From assembly GCA_963707985.1 (NCBI GenBank), contig CAVPRW010000001.1:51503-115502 (forward strand): a DNA stretch of 64,000 nucleotides. The letters run 5' to 3'. Shown here in pieces: positions 20,157-29,844 of the stretch. Within the stretch, counting starts at the first letter, position 1; each line of letters begins with the position of its first letter. Under the pieces are notes generated by a model. The model saw only the letters and a list, made by a program, of their open reading frames with translations. It did not search any database and was not told the origin of the DNA. A program made the position numbers and the translations under genes. This DNA is from an uncultured Nitrospinota bacterium (GTDB lineage Bacteria > Tectomicrobia > Entotheonellia > J063 > CAVPRW01).

Positions 20157-21263
20157 TCATGGAGTCCCTGTTGCCAACAGGGGGTTGGCCGCACCCCAAA
20201 GGTCCAGAAGGCGCGGAACTCCCGCTTCGCCCCAACCAGTAAATCGACACAGGCGGCACCCCAAGGTTGTACTGGGTGGGGACACCGGAGGATATGTCAC
20301 GCTCAACGAGCCCCCTGGAGTGAACACCAGATGGGCCCAGGTGCTGTCTTGGATACGAGCAGCCACAAAATCTTCCAGCACTTGCAGGGCGATCCCTACA
20401 GCGCACTGATTCAGGGAGGCGAGCGAGCCATCGCGTTCGCGCTGCCAGTCACGCGGAGCGGCGAGCGCTTGCTCCGCCTCGGTCTGAGCAAGTACCTGCA
20501 GCGCGCGCGGCTGGTCGCGTACCCCACCGCAGCAGAGCAGACATTGTCCGGGGAGTACCAGTCGCACATCCGCACCCATCTGGCGCTCCTTACCCCTGCC
20601 GTGCACTCCGGTGGCAATATCCAGCAATGGTTTGCAGAACACGGTGGCGATAGCCGTGGCTGCGAGCCGTGCGCTGTCGTGATCCACACACGACACCACT
20701 ACATCGCACGCCTGCATGGCGTGCAGGGTGGGCCAGCGCGCGATCGATGTGGGCACTGCGACGATATCGAGCTGGGGAAAGGCCAGAGCGGTGAGGGTGG
20801 CCGTCAGCGCTTCGACTTTGGGGCGTCCGAGAGCAGGGGCAGTCACGCCCACCATCTCTCTCAGGTTGTGCTGCTCGAGGACGTCGGGATCGATGAGCGT
20901 CAGGTGCTGGACCCCCAGATGCGCCAGCGCCAGCGCCAGCCCACTCCCCGTCCGTCCCAGGCCAACAACGGCATAGCGCAAGCCAATCACACGCTGCCAC
21001 ACCTCAAGGCCCAGCGCGCCAATGGTACGCGACCAGCGTACGGGCAGGTCTTGAACGGACTCCTCACCTGCCTGTGACGACCGCTCTGGCCAGGGCATCT
21101 GCTGCAAGTTGATCGTGAGCATCCCCGGTCCTACCAGACGTAAGGAGTGGGCAGGGTTGAGGGCTTGCGCGGGGAAGCGCACAGCGCCGAGCGCGCGGCC
21201 GCGCTGCAGATTTCGTCCCAGCAGCAGTACCCCCATGCAGTCCAGCGGCAGGGGATGGGACAC
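20157..21263 (-). CDS. ThiF/MoeB/E1-like adenylyltransferase (probably 5'-truncated)
   Basis: VVGLGRTGS, LIDPDVLEQHNL, GRPKVEA, SCVDHDSAR, and two CxxC motifs (CLLC, CRLC). No clear RBS or start; the frame continues upstream as 'SFLIGWTDTFA'. Confidence 0.8.
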   Translation of the reverse strand: MSHPLPLDCMGVLLLGRNLQRGRALGAVRFPAQALNPAHSLRLVGPGMLTINLQQMPWPERSSQAGEESVQDLPVRWSRTIGALGLEVWQRVIGLRYAVVGLGRTGSGLALALAHLGVQHLTLIDPDVLEQHNLREMVGVTAPALGRPKVEALTATLTALAFPQLDIVAVPTSIARWPTLHAMQACDVVVSCVDHDSARLAATAIATVFCKPLLDIATGVHGRGKERQMGADVRLVLPGQCLLCCGGVRDQPRALQVLAQTEAEQALAAPRDWQRERDGSLASLNQCAVGIALQVLEDFVAARIQDSTWAHLVFTPGGSLSVTYPPVSPPSTTLGCRLCRFTGWGEAGVPRLLDLWGAANPLLATGTP

Positions 21264-21456
21264 AGCGAAGGTGTCGGTCCAGCCGATGAGGAAGGACCGT
21301 CCGCTCGACCTCCTCCAACACCCGCATGAGATCGGGTGATGGCTGTGACGCGTCTTCCCAGTCCGTCTCGGCGATATCCGTGTCCGAAATTCGCAGTGGT
21401 CTAGCCTTGAGCATCACCTCCTTTCCCATGAGTTGATACCCTGAGTGTAGTGTCAT
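21064..21456 (-). pseudogene. Small acidic peptide gene, apparently fused by deletion into the ThiF gene
   Basis: AAGGAGGTG just before ATG 21414; 'MLKARPLRISDTDIAETDWEDASQPSPDLMRVLEEVERT', then read-through out of frame into ThiF DNA. Confidence 0.35.
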
Positions 21457-21904
21457 GAAAGGTGTCGCCTGAATGTGGAGGTCGGACTAGGGCTAGGGAA
21501 TTTTGGCATGCGGGTGCGCTCGCTCGCCGTTGATTATGAGGGTTGCATCGCTGAGGCGGGTAAGGAACTGCAGGACTAGATCACGCAGGTCAAGGCTTGG
21601 GGGGAGCATATCGAGGTCCTGCTCATCGGAATTGCGGGAACACGCCTCTGGGGCCTGCCGCTTGCTCCTGACCCCTCGCGGCGGGGGATCAGTCGTCGGA
21701 GCGGCCTGCACCTTACGTGAAATTGTCGGTTGTTACGGTACTAGGCCTACCAATCCGGGCAGTGTGTGGAGCTGATTTGTGGTCTCTATGGGGAACTGGA
21801 AGACAGATGGACGGCGGACGGCGACAGCGAACCGAGCCTGGCCGCACATCAAACCGGTCGATCACGATCCGGTGTTCAGGTCAGCCTATTATCATTTGGC
21901 GTTT

Positions 21905-21924
21905 TTGTAACTTGTAAGTTACAA
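21905..21924. promoter_or_regulatory. Palindromic operator upstream of toxin-antitoxin operon
   Basis: TTGTAACT-tgta-AGTTACAA, a perfect 8-bp inverted repeat ending 7 nt before the toxin ATG. Confidence 0.7.
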
Positions 21925-21931
21925 TGAGGAC

Positions 21932-22279
21932 ATGGACACACATGAGCGACGCCTCATAGAATACATCACACGCACAGGCGGGAACCCCTTTGGGGCGTGG
22001 CTCCGTTCCATCACGGACACAACCATGCGCGCGCGTATTCGGACGAGGCCATCACGCCTCCGCCTTGGCAACTTCGGTGATACCCGGAGCGTCGGGGAAG
22101 GCGTACATGAGCTTCGGCTCGATTTCGGGCCTGGCTACCGTGTGTGTTATGGCCTTATCGGTGACACTATTGTGCTCTTGCTGGACGGGGGCGACAAGCA
22201 GTCGCAGGCCCGAGATATCCGCGACGCCAAACGACACTGGCGGGAGTTTAAGGACGATCATGCCGACGAGAGACTATAA
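21932..22279 (+). CDS. Type II TA toxin, RelE/HigB-like addiction module killer protein
   Basis: 'RLRLGNFGD.RSVGEGVHELRLDFGPGYRV.Y....IVLLL.GGDKQSQARDI'; GAGG RBS. Confidence 0.9.
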   Translation: MDTHERRLIEYITRTGGNPFGAWLRSITDTTMRARIRTRPSRLRLGNFGDTRSVGEGVHELRLDFGPGYRVCYGLIGDTIVLLLDGGDKQSQARDIRDAKRHWREFKDDHADERL

Positions 22280-22558
22280 AGAATCGTTGTTTGAAGACTT
22301 GCAGGATCCGGAGTTTGCAGTCGCATACCTGAACGCGGCACTGGAGGAGTCCTCCTCGGATGTGTTTCTGCTCCATTTGCGTGACGTGGCGGAAGACCCG
22401 GGGGGCTAGGGAAGCTCGGCGCAGAAACGCGCCTCGCACGGGAAGCGCTTTACCGTATGTTAAGTGGGAAGGGCAACCCGCAGTTGTCAAGTCTTGAGAA
22501 GATCTTGCAAGCCTTGGGGCTGCGACTGGCGGTCGTGCGAGCGGCGTCAGAGAGTTGA
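22260..22558 (+). pseudogene. Addiction module antidote (HTH antitoxin), frameshifted at G-run 22400-22405
   Basis: 'EDLQDPEFAVAYLNAALEE..FLLHLRDVAE', then in the shifted frame 'GLGKLGAETRLAREALYRMLSGKGNPQLSSL..IL.ALGLRL'. Confidence 0.85.
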
Positions 22559-22782
22559 AACGAATTCGCCTGCGAGCAGTGACAACGCCGGGATATCCTG
22601 CGCTCTGGCACGAGTCTGTTTGCTGGCATTGACGTGACCTCAGAGGAGATTTTCACCCGGTTATACATCGATCATTACTGTGGCAAAATCTAAGATGCTG
22701 CAGCTGATGGGACCGAAACATGCAACCAGCCAGGAAAACACCTGACCGGTTGAGAGTTTATTGGTGCGTGGGGTGGCTCGGG

Positions 22783-23690
22783 CTAGTCATCAACTAGCGT
22801 GGCCGCAGCCTCGGGAAGCTGGTTGTCCACCAGATCAGCGGCACAGGCCGCGCCGCTCAGCAGGCCCCAGCGCACCATCAAGTGGTAGGTGTCTTCGACA
22901 ATCTCGTCCGTGTATGACGTGGTGTACGAGTAGCGCAGGTGGGGGAGGTGAAAATCCTCTGGCGTGAGTCGGCCAAATTTGGCCAAAGCCGCGGCGTGAC
23001 GTGGATCATCGATGAGATAAAGGAAGTAACACCACGCGCTTACCGGGGCCTGCAAACTGGCCGATGTCAGTGCCTGTGATGTTTTGGTACTGCACCAGCA
23101 GCATCCTGGCCTTCGCCCACTTACCGTTAGGCCCAAACTCCGCCTGGCCAAGATCGTAGCGAATTCGTGGGTGCGGATGTACTCGCCCACGGTCTTCTGG
23201 TCTAGGCTCTTGGTCGCCCCGATGGCTTGACCCAGGACCTGCATCATCGCGTGTGCCCAGGGCGGCAAGTAGAGGCCCAGGGGATCAACGCCAGCCTTCT
23301 CGGCCTGCGCTTGGTACCTCTATGGCAGGGGCGATCAGGTTCGTCCCATAGCTGGAGACCACGCAGTCCACCTTATCGACGTCGAGCAGCTTCGTATAGA
23401 TGCCCGGGACGGTCGCCGGCTTGCTCTTATCGTCATCATAGAAGAACTCCACCGGTCGCCCAAGCAGGCCACCCGCCTTGTTGACATCATCACGTCAGAT
23501 CTCCATGGCGAACAGCGCGGCTTTGCCGTTGGCGGCGAGGCCGCCAGTGAGTGCCATGCCGAAGCCGATACGGACGGGCGCGGCCGCCTGGGCCCGAGGG
23601 TTAGCATAGACCGACGAGAGCCAATGCAGCGATCAGTCCCCCAACCAGAACCCATGTGTCCATGCGCTGCTTGCCTTGACGACGCATTAC
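22783..23690 (-). pseudogene. Branched-chain amino-acid ABC substrate-binding protein remnant (internal deletion) fused to an unrelated gene tail
   Basis: Fragments 'VRIGFGMALTGGLAANGK', 'GGLLGRPVEF.YDDD.S.P', 'DKVD.VVSSYGT', 'MQVLGQAIGATKSLDQ'; stops and frameshifts. Confidence 0.75.
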
Positions 23691-24180
23691 CTTCACCTCC
23701 CAGGCCTGATGGTTTAGAGAATGTCGCCCATGCGTGAACGCCATGCTGATGATTTCAGCGCGACAGCGCTATACGAATGAAATCCCTTTCAGCGAGCAGG
23801 GGATGAACGCGGGTCACGTCTTGCGGTAAGAGACAACAGGCGGGGGAGCCAGGACTGGGTAGAGACTCTGGGGCCCAGTGCAGGCTCAGGCGTAGGCGCA
23901 TCGATGTGTCCTTCTTCACCGCCACAGCAAGGACGAGCTCCACAGCAACAGATGCGAGCCATACAGGGCTGGCAAGTCGGCGCGAGTGTATTCTCAGCCC
24001 CTGGAGGTGTCAAGCGAAATCCCTGCGCCCAATCACGAAACCAAACCACCTATCTGCTGGTTTTGCTTCTTGTGTCGCAGTCCGTATATACTAATGCAAT
24101 GGACTCCTGTGCCATTACGATGTTTTTCCTGCGAATGATCGGGGTTCGGAAGCCTTATCCGCCATCGTTGGATTAGAGCC

Positions 24181-25623
24181 ATGGCCATGCAGCGGCGCCA
24201 GGTATTTTCCAGACGCACCAAGATCGTATGCACCATCGGACCAGCGAGTAGCTCATCCACCCTCATCGAGCGCCTGATTCGGGCCGGGATGAATGTCGCC
24301 CGCCTGAATCTCTCACACGGCACACCACACGATCACGCCCGGCTCATGGCCACGGTACGTCGTGTTGCTCAACGCCTTGACGTGCCCGTGGCCGTCCTCA
24401 TGGACCTGCCCGGCCCCAAGTGTCGCATTGGCCCGTTGAAAGGTGGCTCTGTCATCCTGAGCAAAGGCGCGCGGCTGGTCCTCACGACTCGCGCTGTGGA
24501 AGGAGACGCGCAAAAGGTGCCGATTAACCTTCCAACCCTGCCGCGGCATGTCCGGGAGGGCGATAGCGTGCTGCTCGACGATGGTGCGATGCAGCTGAAG
24601 GTCGAACGGGCGAGCCGCAGCGAGGTCATCTGTCGGGTCATCGTTGGCGGCACCCTGACCCCGGGGCGGGGGGTTGTCGTGCCTGGGTTGCGGAGCTCAG
24701 GACCTTTCCTCACCCCACAGCTTCGAGAGCATCTCGAGTTCGCCATGGCGCAGCAACCGGACTATCTGGCCCTGTCGTTTGTGAGCCGCGCGCAGGACGT
24801 GGAGCAAGTGCGAGCCCTGTTGCTGCAGCGTGGTGCGGACCTGCCGATCATTGCGAAAATTGAGCGCGGGCAGGCCATCAGCCACATTGAAGAGATTTTG
24901 CTGGCCAGCGATGGCATCATGGTGGCTCGGGGTGACCTGGGCGTTGATATCCCCCTTGAGCAGCTCCCCATGGTGCAGAAAGACATCATCCGCCGTTGCA
25001 ATAAGCTCGATAGGCCAGTGATCACCGCCACGCAGATGCTGGAATCGATGGTGACGGCCGCTCGCCCAACCCGCGCCGAAGTCACCGATGTTGCCAATGC
25101 CATCTTCGATGGCACCGACGCAGTCATGCTGTCGGCGGAAACCTCAATCGGCAAACATCCGGTGCAGGCCGTGGCGATGATGGCCAGAATCGCCAGTACC
25201 ACCGATGGCCAATTGCCCTACGAGCAGATGCTGCAGGAGCGTGGTATGGCGCTGGGGCCGCAGATCGATGCCGCCATCAGCTATGATGCCTGTCGTACGG
25301 CTCATCAACTCGGGGCCAAGGCTATCGTGGCTTTCACACACTCGGGGAGCACTGCCAGACGGGTCTCGAAGGGCCGTCCAAAGGAGCCCATCCTGGCGCT
25401 CACCTCCAGCGAAGTGGTTTCCAGGAGATTGCAACTCTGTTGGGGGGTCCAGGTTTGTCAGGTCGCGGAACCATCGTCGGTCGAAGCTCTGTTTGCCATT
25501 GGCGCTGAACTCCCCAAGAGTTTAGGGCTCGCCAATACTGGCGATCTGGTGGTGATCACGGCGGGACTCCCGTTACGGGTCACGGGCACGACGAATCTGC
25601 TGAAGGTGGAAAGAATTGCCTAG
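24181..25623 (+). CDS. pyk: Pyruvate kinase
   Basis: RTKIVCTIGPA, ARLNLSHG, DLPGPK, IIAKIE, MVARGDLG, ATQMLESM, PTRAEVTDVANA, GTTN. Confidence 0.97.
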   Translation: MAMQRRQVFSRRTKIVCTIGPASSSSTLIERLIRAGMNVARLNLSHGTPHDHARLMATVRRVAQRLDVPVAVLMDLPGPKCRIGPLKGGSVILSKGARLVLTTRAVEGDAQKVPINLPTLPRHVREGDSVLLDDGAMQLKVERASRSEVICRVIVGGTLTPGRGVVVPGLRSSGPFLTPQLREHLEFAMAQQPDYLALSFVSRAQDVEQVRALLLQRGADLPIIAKIERGQAISHIEEILLASDGIMVARGDLGVDIPLEQLPMVQKDIIRRCNKLDRPVITATQMLESMVTAARPTRAEVTDVANAIFDGTDAVMLSAETSIGKHPVQAVAMMARIASTTDGQLPYEQMLQERGMALGPQIDAAISYDACRTAHQLGAKAIVAFTHSGSTARRVSKGRPKEPILALTSSEVVSRRLQLCWGVQVCQVAEPSSVEALFAIGAELPKSLGLANTGDLVVITAGLPLRVTGTTNLLKVERIA

Positions 25624-26004
25624 AGAGCCGGTAGCTTTTTCTCAAAATTGCGACACACAACCCTTGGACACGTGAGCTGACAAGACCCGATTCAGGCCCA
25701 TTGTCCGGCAAAGCTGACGGTACCAATCTTCTGTCGGCTGGTGTCGTGATGGGTCAGAAGCCAATGGAAGGCCCAGAGACTCGTGGGCGGGGTGCGATGG
25801 CGCACACTGGAGATGTCTCATTGGTGCGACCGAGCGTCTCTATCGTGCGACAAAAAACTGGATTTGACCGTGAGAGGGGACCACTTGCACGCCGGCTCCG
25901 CTGATTACCGAAACCGGCGACTTTTGCCCAATGTCTGATGACGGGAGGCTTCGATGCACTTGAAGCGATGAGAGCATTTGCATGACAGGGAGAATAGGCG
26001 CCGA

Positions 26005-26169
26005 CTACCGTCGGAGCTTTAGACGCCGTTGCGCCCCGCCCAGGTGCGTTTCATGCTGACAGAGCGGGCAAACCTTGCAATCATCTCGTTCGTCCAAGAG
26101 GACGTGACAGTTCGGGCAGAAATCCTCATCCTGTGCAACCCCTGGACCGCTAATCGCCAAAAACCGCAT
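26005..26169 (-). CDS. Small zinc-ribbon-like hypothetical protein
   Basis: AAGGAG RBS; CPNC...CKVCPLC. Confidence 0.55.
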   Translation of the reverse strand: MRFLAISGPGVAQDEDFCPNCHVLLDERDDCKVCPLCQHETHLGGAQRRLKLRR

Positions 26170-26232
26170 GGCTATCTCCTTTATTCTGGGCCATTGCTCC
26201 ATACAAATGCCGGGCTGATATGCGCCTTACCC

Positions 26233-26688
26233 CTATGAGGCTTGACGTTGCGGCTCGGCGAGGGGATCGCCGTAGAACGCTCGTGCGCCGTAGTGTGCGA
26301 TCAGCCCGTCCAAGACATCAAGCTGTCGCTCAATAGTTTCGAGTGAATCTTCGTTGATGAGAAGTGTGATCGTAGTATACGGCTCGCCAACGGTATCCAT
26401 CCGAACATGCAGTTGCGGGTAAGGAAACATATGATCTGACCGCCTTTCTATAGATATTGCCTGATCTAGATTGCTGTCAACCGACACCGATTGTAGTGAT
26501 GAGAGACTCGTGAAGACGCTGTCGTAGGGGCGATTCTGCGAGTCTCTTGTGTTCCATTCAAGTGCAAGTGCTATGCCACTAAAAGGGATTGGATACATCG
26601 TCTGGATATATGGTCTCTCAATACGCTCTCTAAACGGCCGTGAATACAGGCGATCATTGCTAGTACACGCCTTAATAACCATCGTCAT
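26233..26688 (-). CDS. Hypothetical protein
   Basis: 151-aa ORF in a lower-GC tract; protein-like composition, no recognisable motif. Confidence 0.45.
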   Translation of the reverse strand: MTMVIKACTSNDRLYSRPFRERIERPYIQTMYPIPFSGIALALEWNTRDSQNRPYDSVFTSLSSLQSVSVDSNLDQAISIERRSDHMFPYPQLHVRMDTVGEPYTTITLLINEDSLETIERQLDVLDGLIAHYGARAFYGDPLAEPQRQAS

Positions 26689-26702
26689 ATCTACGAAGCT
26701 GG

Positions 26703-26738
26703 TCCGAGCAGGTGTCGCAAATGTGAACCGCGAATGCA
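26703..26738 (+). repeat. 36-bp imperfect direct repeat, copy 1
   Basis: TCCGAGCAGGTGTCGCAAATGTGAACCGCGAATGCA; 32/36 identical to 28460-28495. Confidence 0.75.
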
Positions 26739-27259
26739 GTCAAGAGGTGTATAACCCCTGTCGATAGCGGGCCCGCGCTGTCTATTCCCCCAAACGCACA
26801 GTTTCTTCAAGCACACCAATAGGTACACTCACTCCCAGCTACACAAGCCCCAGGCATACGCGTTAATTCACTAGCTTCCCCCGTAGCGGGCGTTTTCCCT
26901 TTGATGCAACGCTGGAAATGCCTTAAACAAGCGTCCCTATAAGTATGCGAGCGATGCCTGTCGGATGAAAGCCACCTGCCACCGAAACCGTCCCGTTGCC
27001 TGATCATTGGGTGATCGTTTTAGGGGCAGATACCCTGATCCATGCCGCGCCAGTAGCGGCTTCATAGCCCACTTACACCAGACCCTTACCGAGTCCCCAC
27101 ACCCCGCCTATAACGAGGATTCCACCACAAGCGTCCACCGAGACCCTTAATGGGCTGCTTTCCCCTCGCAACCGGCCCAAGCCTGCCTCGTAGGCTAGCG
27201 CAATGCTCTTCTGTTGTATAGGCAGAGTGTGTATAGGGGATTGACGGCGAATAACTTTT

Positions 27260-27481
27260 CTATCGAGTTTTGCGTGACAAATCGAAGGCTGGCCGCCTGG
27301 ACGACTTACCCTGAGTGCCAGCGTGGTGACTGCTAATATCTTCTTCGCGACCATTTTCATCGCAATCGTTAACATCAGAGCATGCGACCGATTCGATTAG
27401 CAGGCTGGTGACGACACTCACGGCAGCGATCCCGCCGGCGAGCGCCAGCGCAACTGCGAGAGCTATCAAGGCTTTCTTCAT
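27260..27481 (-). CDS. Small exported hypothetical peptide
   Basis: MKKALIALAVALALAGG signal-like N-terminus; GAGG RBS. Confidence 0.5.
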   Translation of the reverse strand: MKKALIALAVALALAGGIAAVSVVTSLLIESVACSDVNDCDENGREEDISSHHAGTQGKSSRRPAFDLSRKTR

Positions 27482-27985
27482 CTGCGCCTCTTGGTACAGT
27501 TTGCCAATAATCGCCGTTACTTACAACCTATACATGAGCTATGGAGCAAGAAGGATACCGCGAGGACGTGCTCAACGGATCTTTGCCCGCAGAGAGCGCA
27601 GGAGGCCGCAATGCATGAACACAGGAAGCCAGTGCCCAGTCTGGCTGGGCCTCCGCAGACATCTCTTATCCGAGACGCTGTCTGGCCTTTATTGAGAGAG
27701 GAATATGACGAGACATGAGGGACACGATGGGCTGAGCGCGTATTACATCTAAGATGCTGTTCTCACAACTGAGACCCTAGTCATGTGCTTGCAAGCGCAG
27801 TAACCACGACGCCCGAGGTGTTACCTCCTATGCTGCCGTGATTTCCCCCATTCGAGCCGACTGCTCAACCAACCATCCAGACTGTGCTAAGATTCCTAGA
27901 CACCTCATAAGACACCATAATGACTGGGGAACTACTCTCGCTCACCCGACTATGCCGCCGAGTCAGACTAGGAAAGGATTCAGAG

Positions 27986-28342
27986 ATGAAGCGTATTCTA
28001 GTGATAGGTCTCGTAATTCTCGGAATGTCTGCGGAGGTTGTAAAAGCGGCATGTGCGTGGGTGCTGTGGCGGAAGGATACGGTCACGGCTGCATATGGCC
28101 CCGAACTCGTGGCGTGGTCCCCCGATATCGGCGCATCCCGGAGAGGCGGGATTTAAGAAGTGTGCGTAGTATACAAGGCAGGAGCGGGACCCCAACCAAC
28201 CGGGGTCAGTGGGCGGCGCGGCTTTTACTCATCATCGATCACCTGCCTGTTACCCCTGTATTCCCCGCACACCCTAGCCGTGATGGAGCTTGACGAAAGG
28301 GAGGGGGTGGGTTACCATCGGCCTGGGAGTAGGCAAGACTAG
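27986..28342 (+). pseudogene. Degraded secreted protein gene with a CAWVLW motif
   Basis: Signal peptide MKRILVIGLVILG..VVKA followed by ACAWVLW; stop at 28154-28156; Cys-containing continuation. Confidence 0.4.
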
Positions 28343-28459
28343 GCTTGCCTCAAAAGGGTCGCAATATGGGCTCAATCCATCGACGTGGGAGAACCTGGTG
28401 GCTATAGGTCTACCAGGCTGGCAGAGCAGTAATGTACACTCTGGTCGTAAGGCAACAGC

Positions 28460-28495
28460 TCCGAGCAGGTGTCGTAGATGTGCACCGCGAATACA
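28460..28495 (+). repeat. 36-bp imperfect direct repeat, copy 2
   Basis: TCCGAGCAGGTGTCGTAGATGTGCACCGCGAATACA. Confidence 0.75.
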
Positions 28496-28559
28496 CATGT
28501 CTCAAGCCATGGTCAGGGGTATCACGACTTGGCACATGACCTCACGACAGTGGAGATTT

Positions 28560-29834
28560 ATGAGGCGTCCCGGGCTGTACGCTTGCCCTCCTCGACAACA
28601 GGGATTTAACATCTGGGCTGTCCTCGCCATGATAGTAACGCTCCCCATGCCGGCGTCTGCCGGCCAGATGGATTCGGGCCCTATCCCCGTGGTGGTTGGA
28701 ACCGTGACGACACAGCAGGTGGCTACCGAGGTTGAGGTGGTAGGGAGCGTTGAACCACAACTAGCCACTACTCTGAGCACCGAGATCGCCGGGTCCACGC
28801 AGCGCTTCGACCTCCGCGAGGGAGATTTCGTGCACAAAGACACCACCGTCGTAGCCCAGCTTAAAGCCACAGAGCTGGCGCTGGCGGTAAACGAGGCCGA
28901 AGCAGAGCTGGCAAGAGCCAGGGCTGATCTCATGAAATTAAAACGTGGCTTACGGCCAGAGGAAATCGACGAGAAACGCGCTGAGGCCGCCGAGAAAAAG
29001 GCCTGGGTGGAAAAATACGCCAAGGACGTCGAGCGCACTAAATCGCTGGTGACGCGGGATATGATGAGCAAGTCGGAGTTTGACCAGGCGGAAGCCAACC
29101 ATCTCGCCGCCAGGGCCCAGTACGAACGGGCGCTGCGCTCGTTGCGCGTTGCTGAGCTGGGCTTTCGACAAGAGGAGATCGCCGCCGCCGAAGCAGAGGT
29201 CCAGCGCCTACAGGCAAAGGTGCAGCGGTTACGCGACGATGTTCAGAAAACAGTGATTCGCGCTCCGGTGTCGGGGTTCATCACGAATCGGTATGCCGAG
29301 GTCGGCCAGTGGCTCGAGCGTGGTGGCAAAGTGGCGGATATCATCGACCTGGCGGCTGTGCTGGTACGTGTAGCGGTCCACGAGCGCGATATTCGTCTCG
29401 TACAAGTAGGCGACGAGGCGGCAGTCACTCTGGATGCACTCCCGAACCAGACGTTCACCGGGCACGTCAAATACATCACGCCGCAAGCCGACCTGGCGAG
29501 TCGCACCTTTCCGGTGAAAATCGAAGTGCTGAATACCTCTGATACGGCCCTCAAAGCTGGGATGTTTGCCCGGGTCAGGATACGGATTGGCGCGAGCCAG
29601 TTGGGCGTGTTTGTACCTAAAGATGCGGTGGTGCGTCGCGCTAGTGAGCAGGTGGTGTTTGTGGTGGAGGATACCAGGGCGCGCCTGGTGCAGATCAAGA
29701 CCGGGAGGAGCCAGGAGGGCTTGATCGAGGTGGTCGAAGGCCAGCTCAGGCCCGGTGATATCGTCGTCATTACCGGCAACGAAATGCTCCAGGACCAGAT
29801 GGCTATCGTCACAAAACCCACCCTCCGCAACTGA
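28560..29834 (+). CDS. RND efflux periplasmic adaptor subunit (membrane fusion protein)
   Basis: Lipoyl halves 'GSVEP...EIAG...EGDFV' and 'IRAPVSGFI', long coiled coil, 'LKAGMFARV', 'VPKDAV'; GGAG RBS. Confidence 0.92.
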   Translation: MRRPGLYACPPRQQGFNIWAVLAMIVTLPMPASAGQMDSGPIPVVVGTVTTQQVATEVEVVGSVEPQLATTLSTEIAGSTQRFDLREGDFVHKDTTVVAQLKATELALAVNEAEAELARARADLMKLKRGLRPEEIDEKRAEAAEKKAWVEKYAKDVERTKSLVTRDMMSKSEFDQAEANHLAARAQYERALRSLRVAELGFRQEEIAAAEAEVQRLQAKVQRLRDDVQKTVIRAPVSGFITNRYAEVGQWLERGGKVADIIDLAAVLVRVAVHERDIRLVQVGDEAAVTLDALPNQTFTGHVKYITPQADLASRTFPVKIEVLNTSDTALKAGMFARVRIRIGASQLGVFVPKDAVVRRASEQVVFVVEDTRARLVQIKTGRSQEGLIEVVEGQLRPGDIVVITGNEMLQDQMAIVTKPTLRN

Positions 29835-29844
29835 GGACCCTCTC

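Noticed and set aside
20094..21077. Long antisense/alternative-frame ORFs (e.g. 20094-21077, 3298-4215, 12752-13876, 30463-31413, 53654-54586)
   Set aside because: Shadow ORFs opposite well-supported genes, expected in high-GC DNA.
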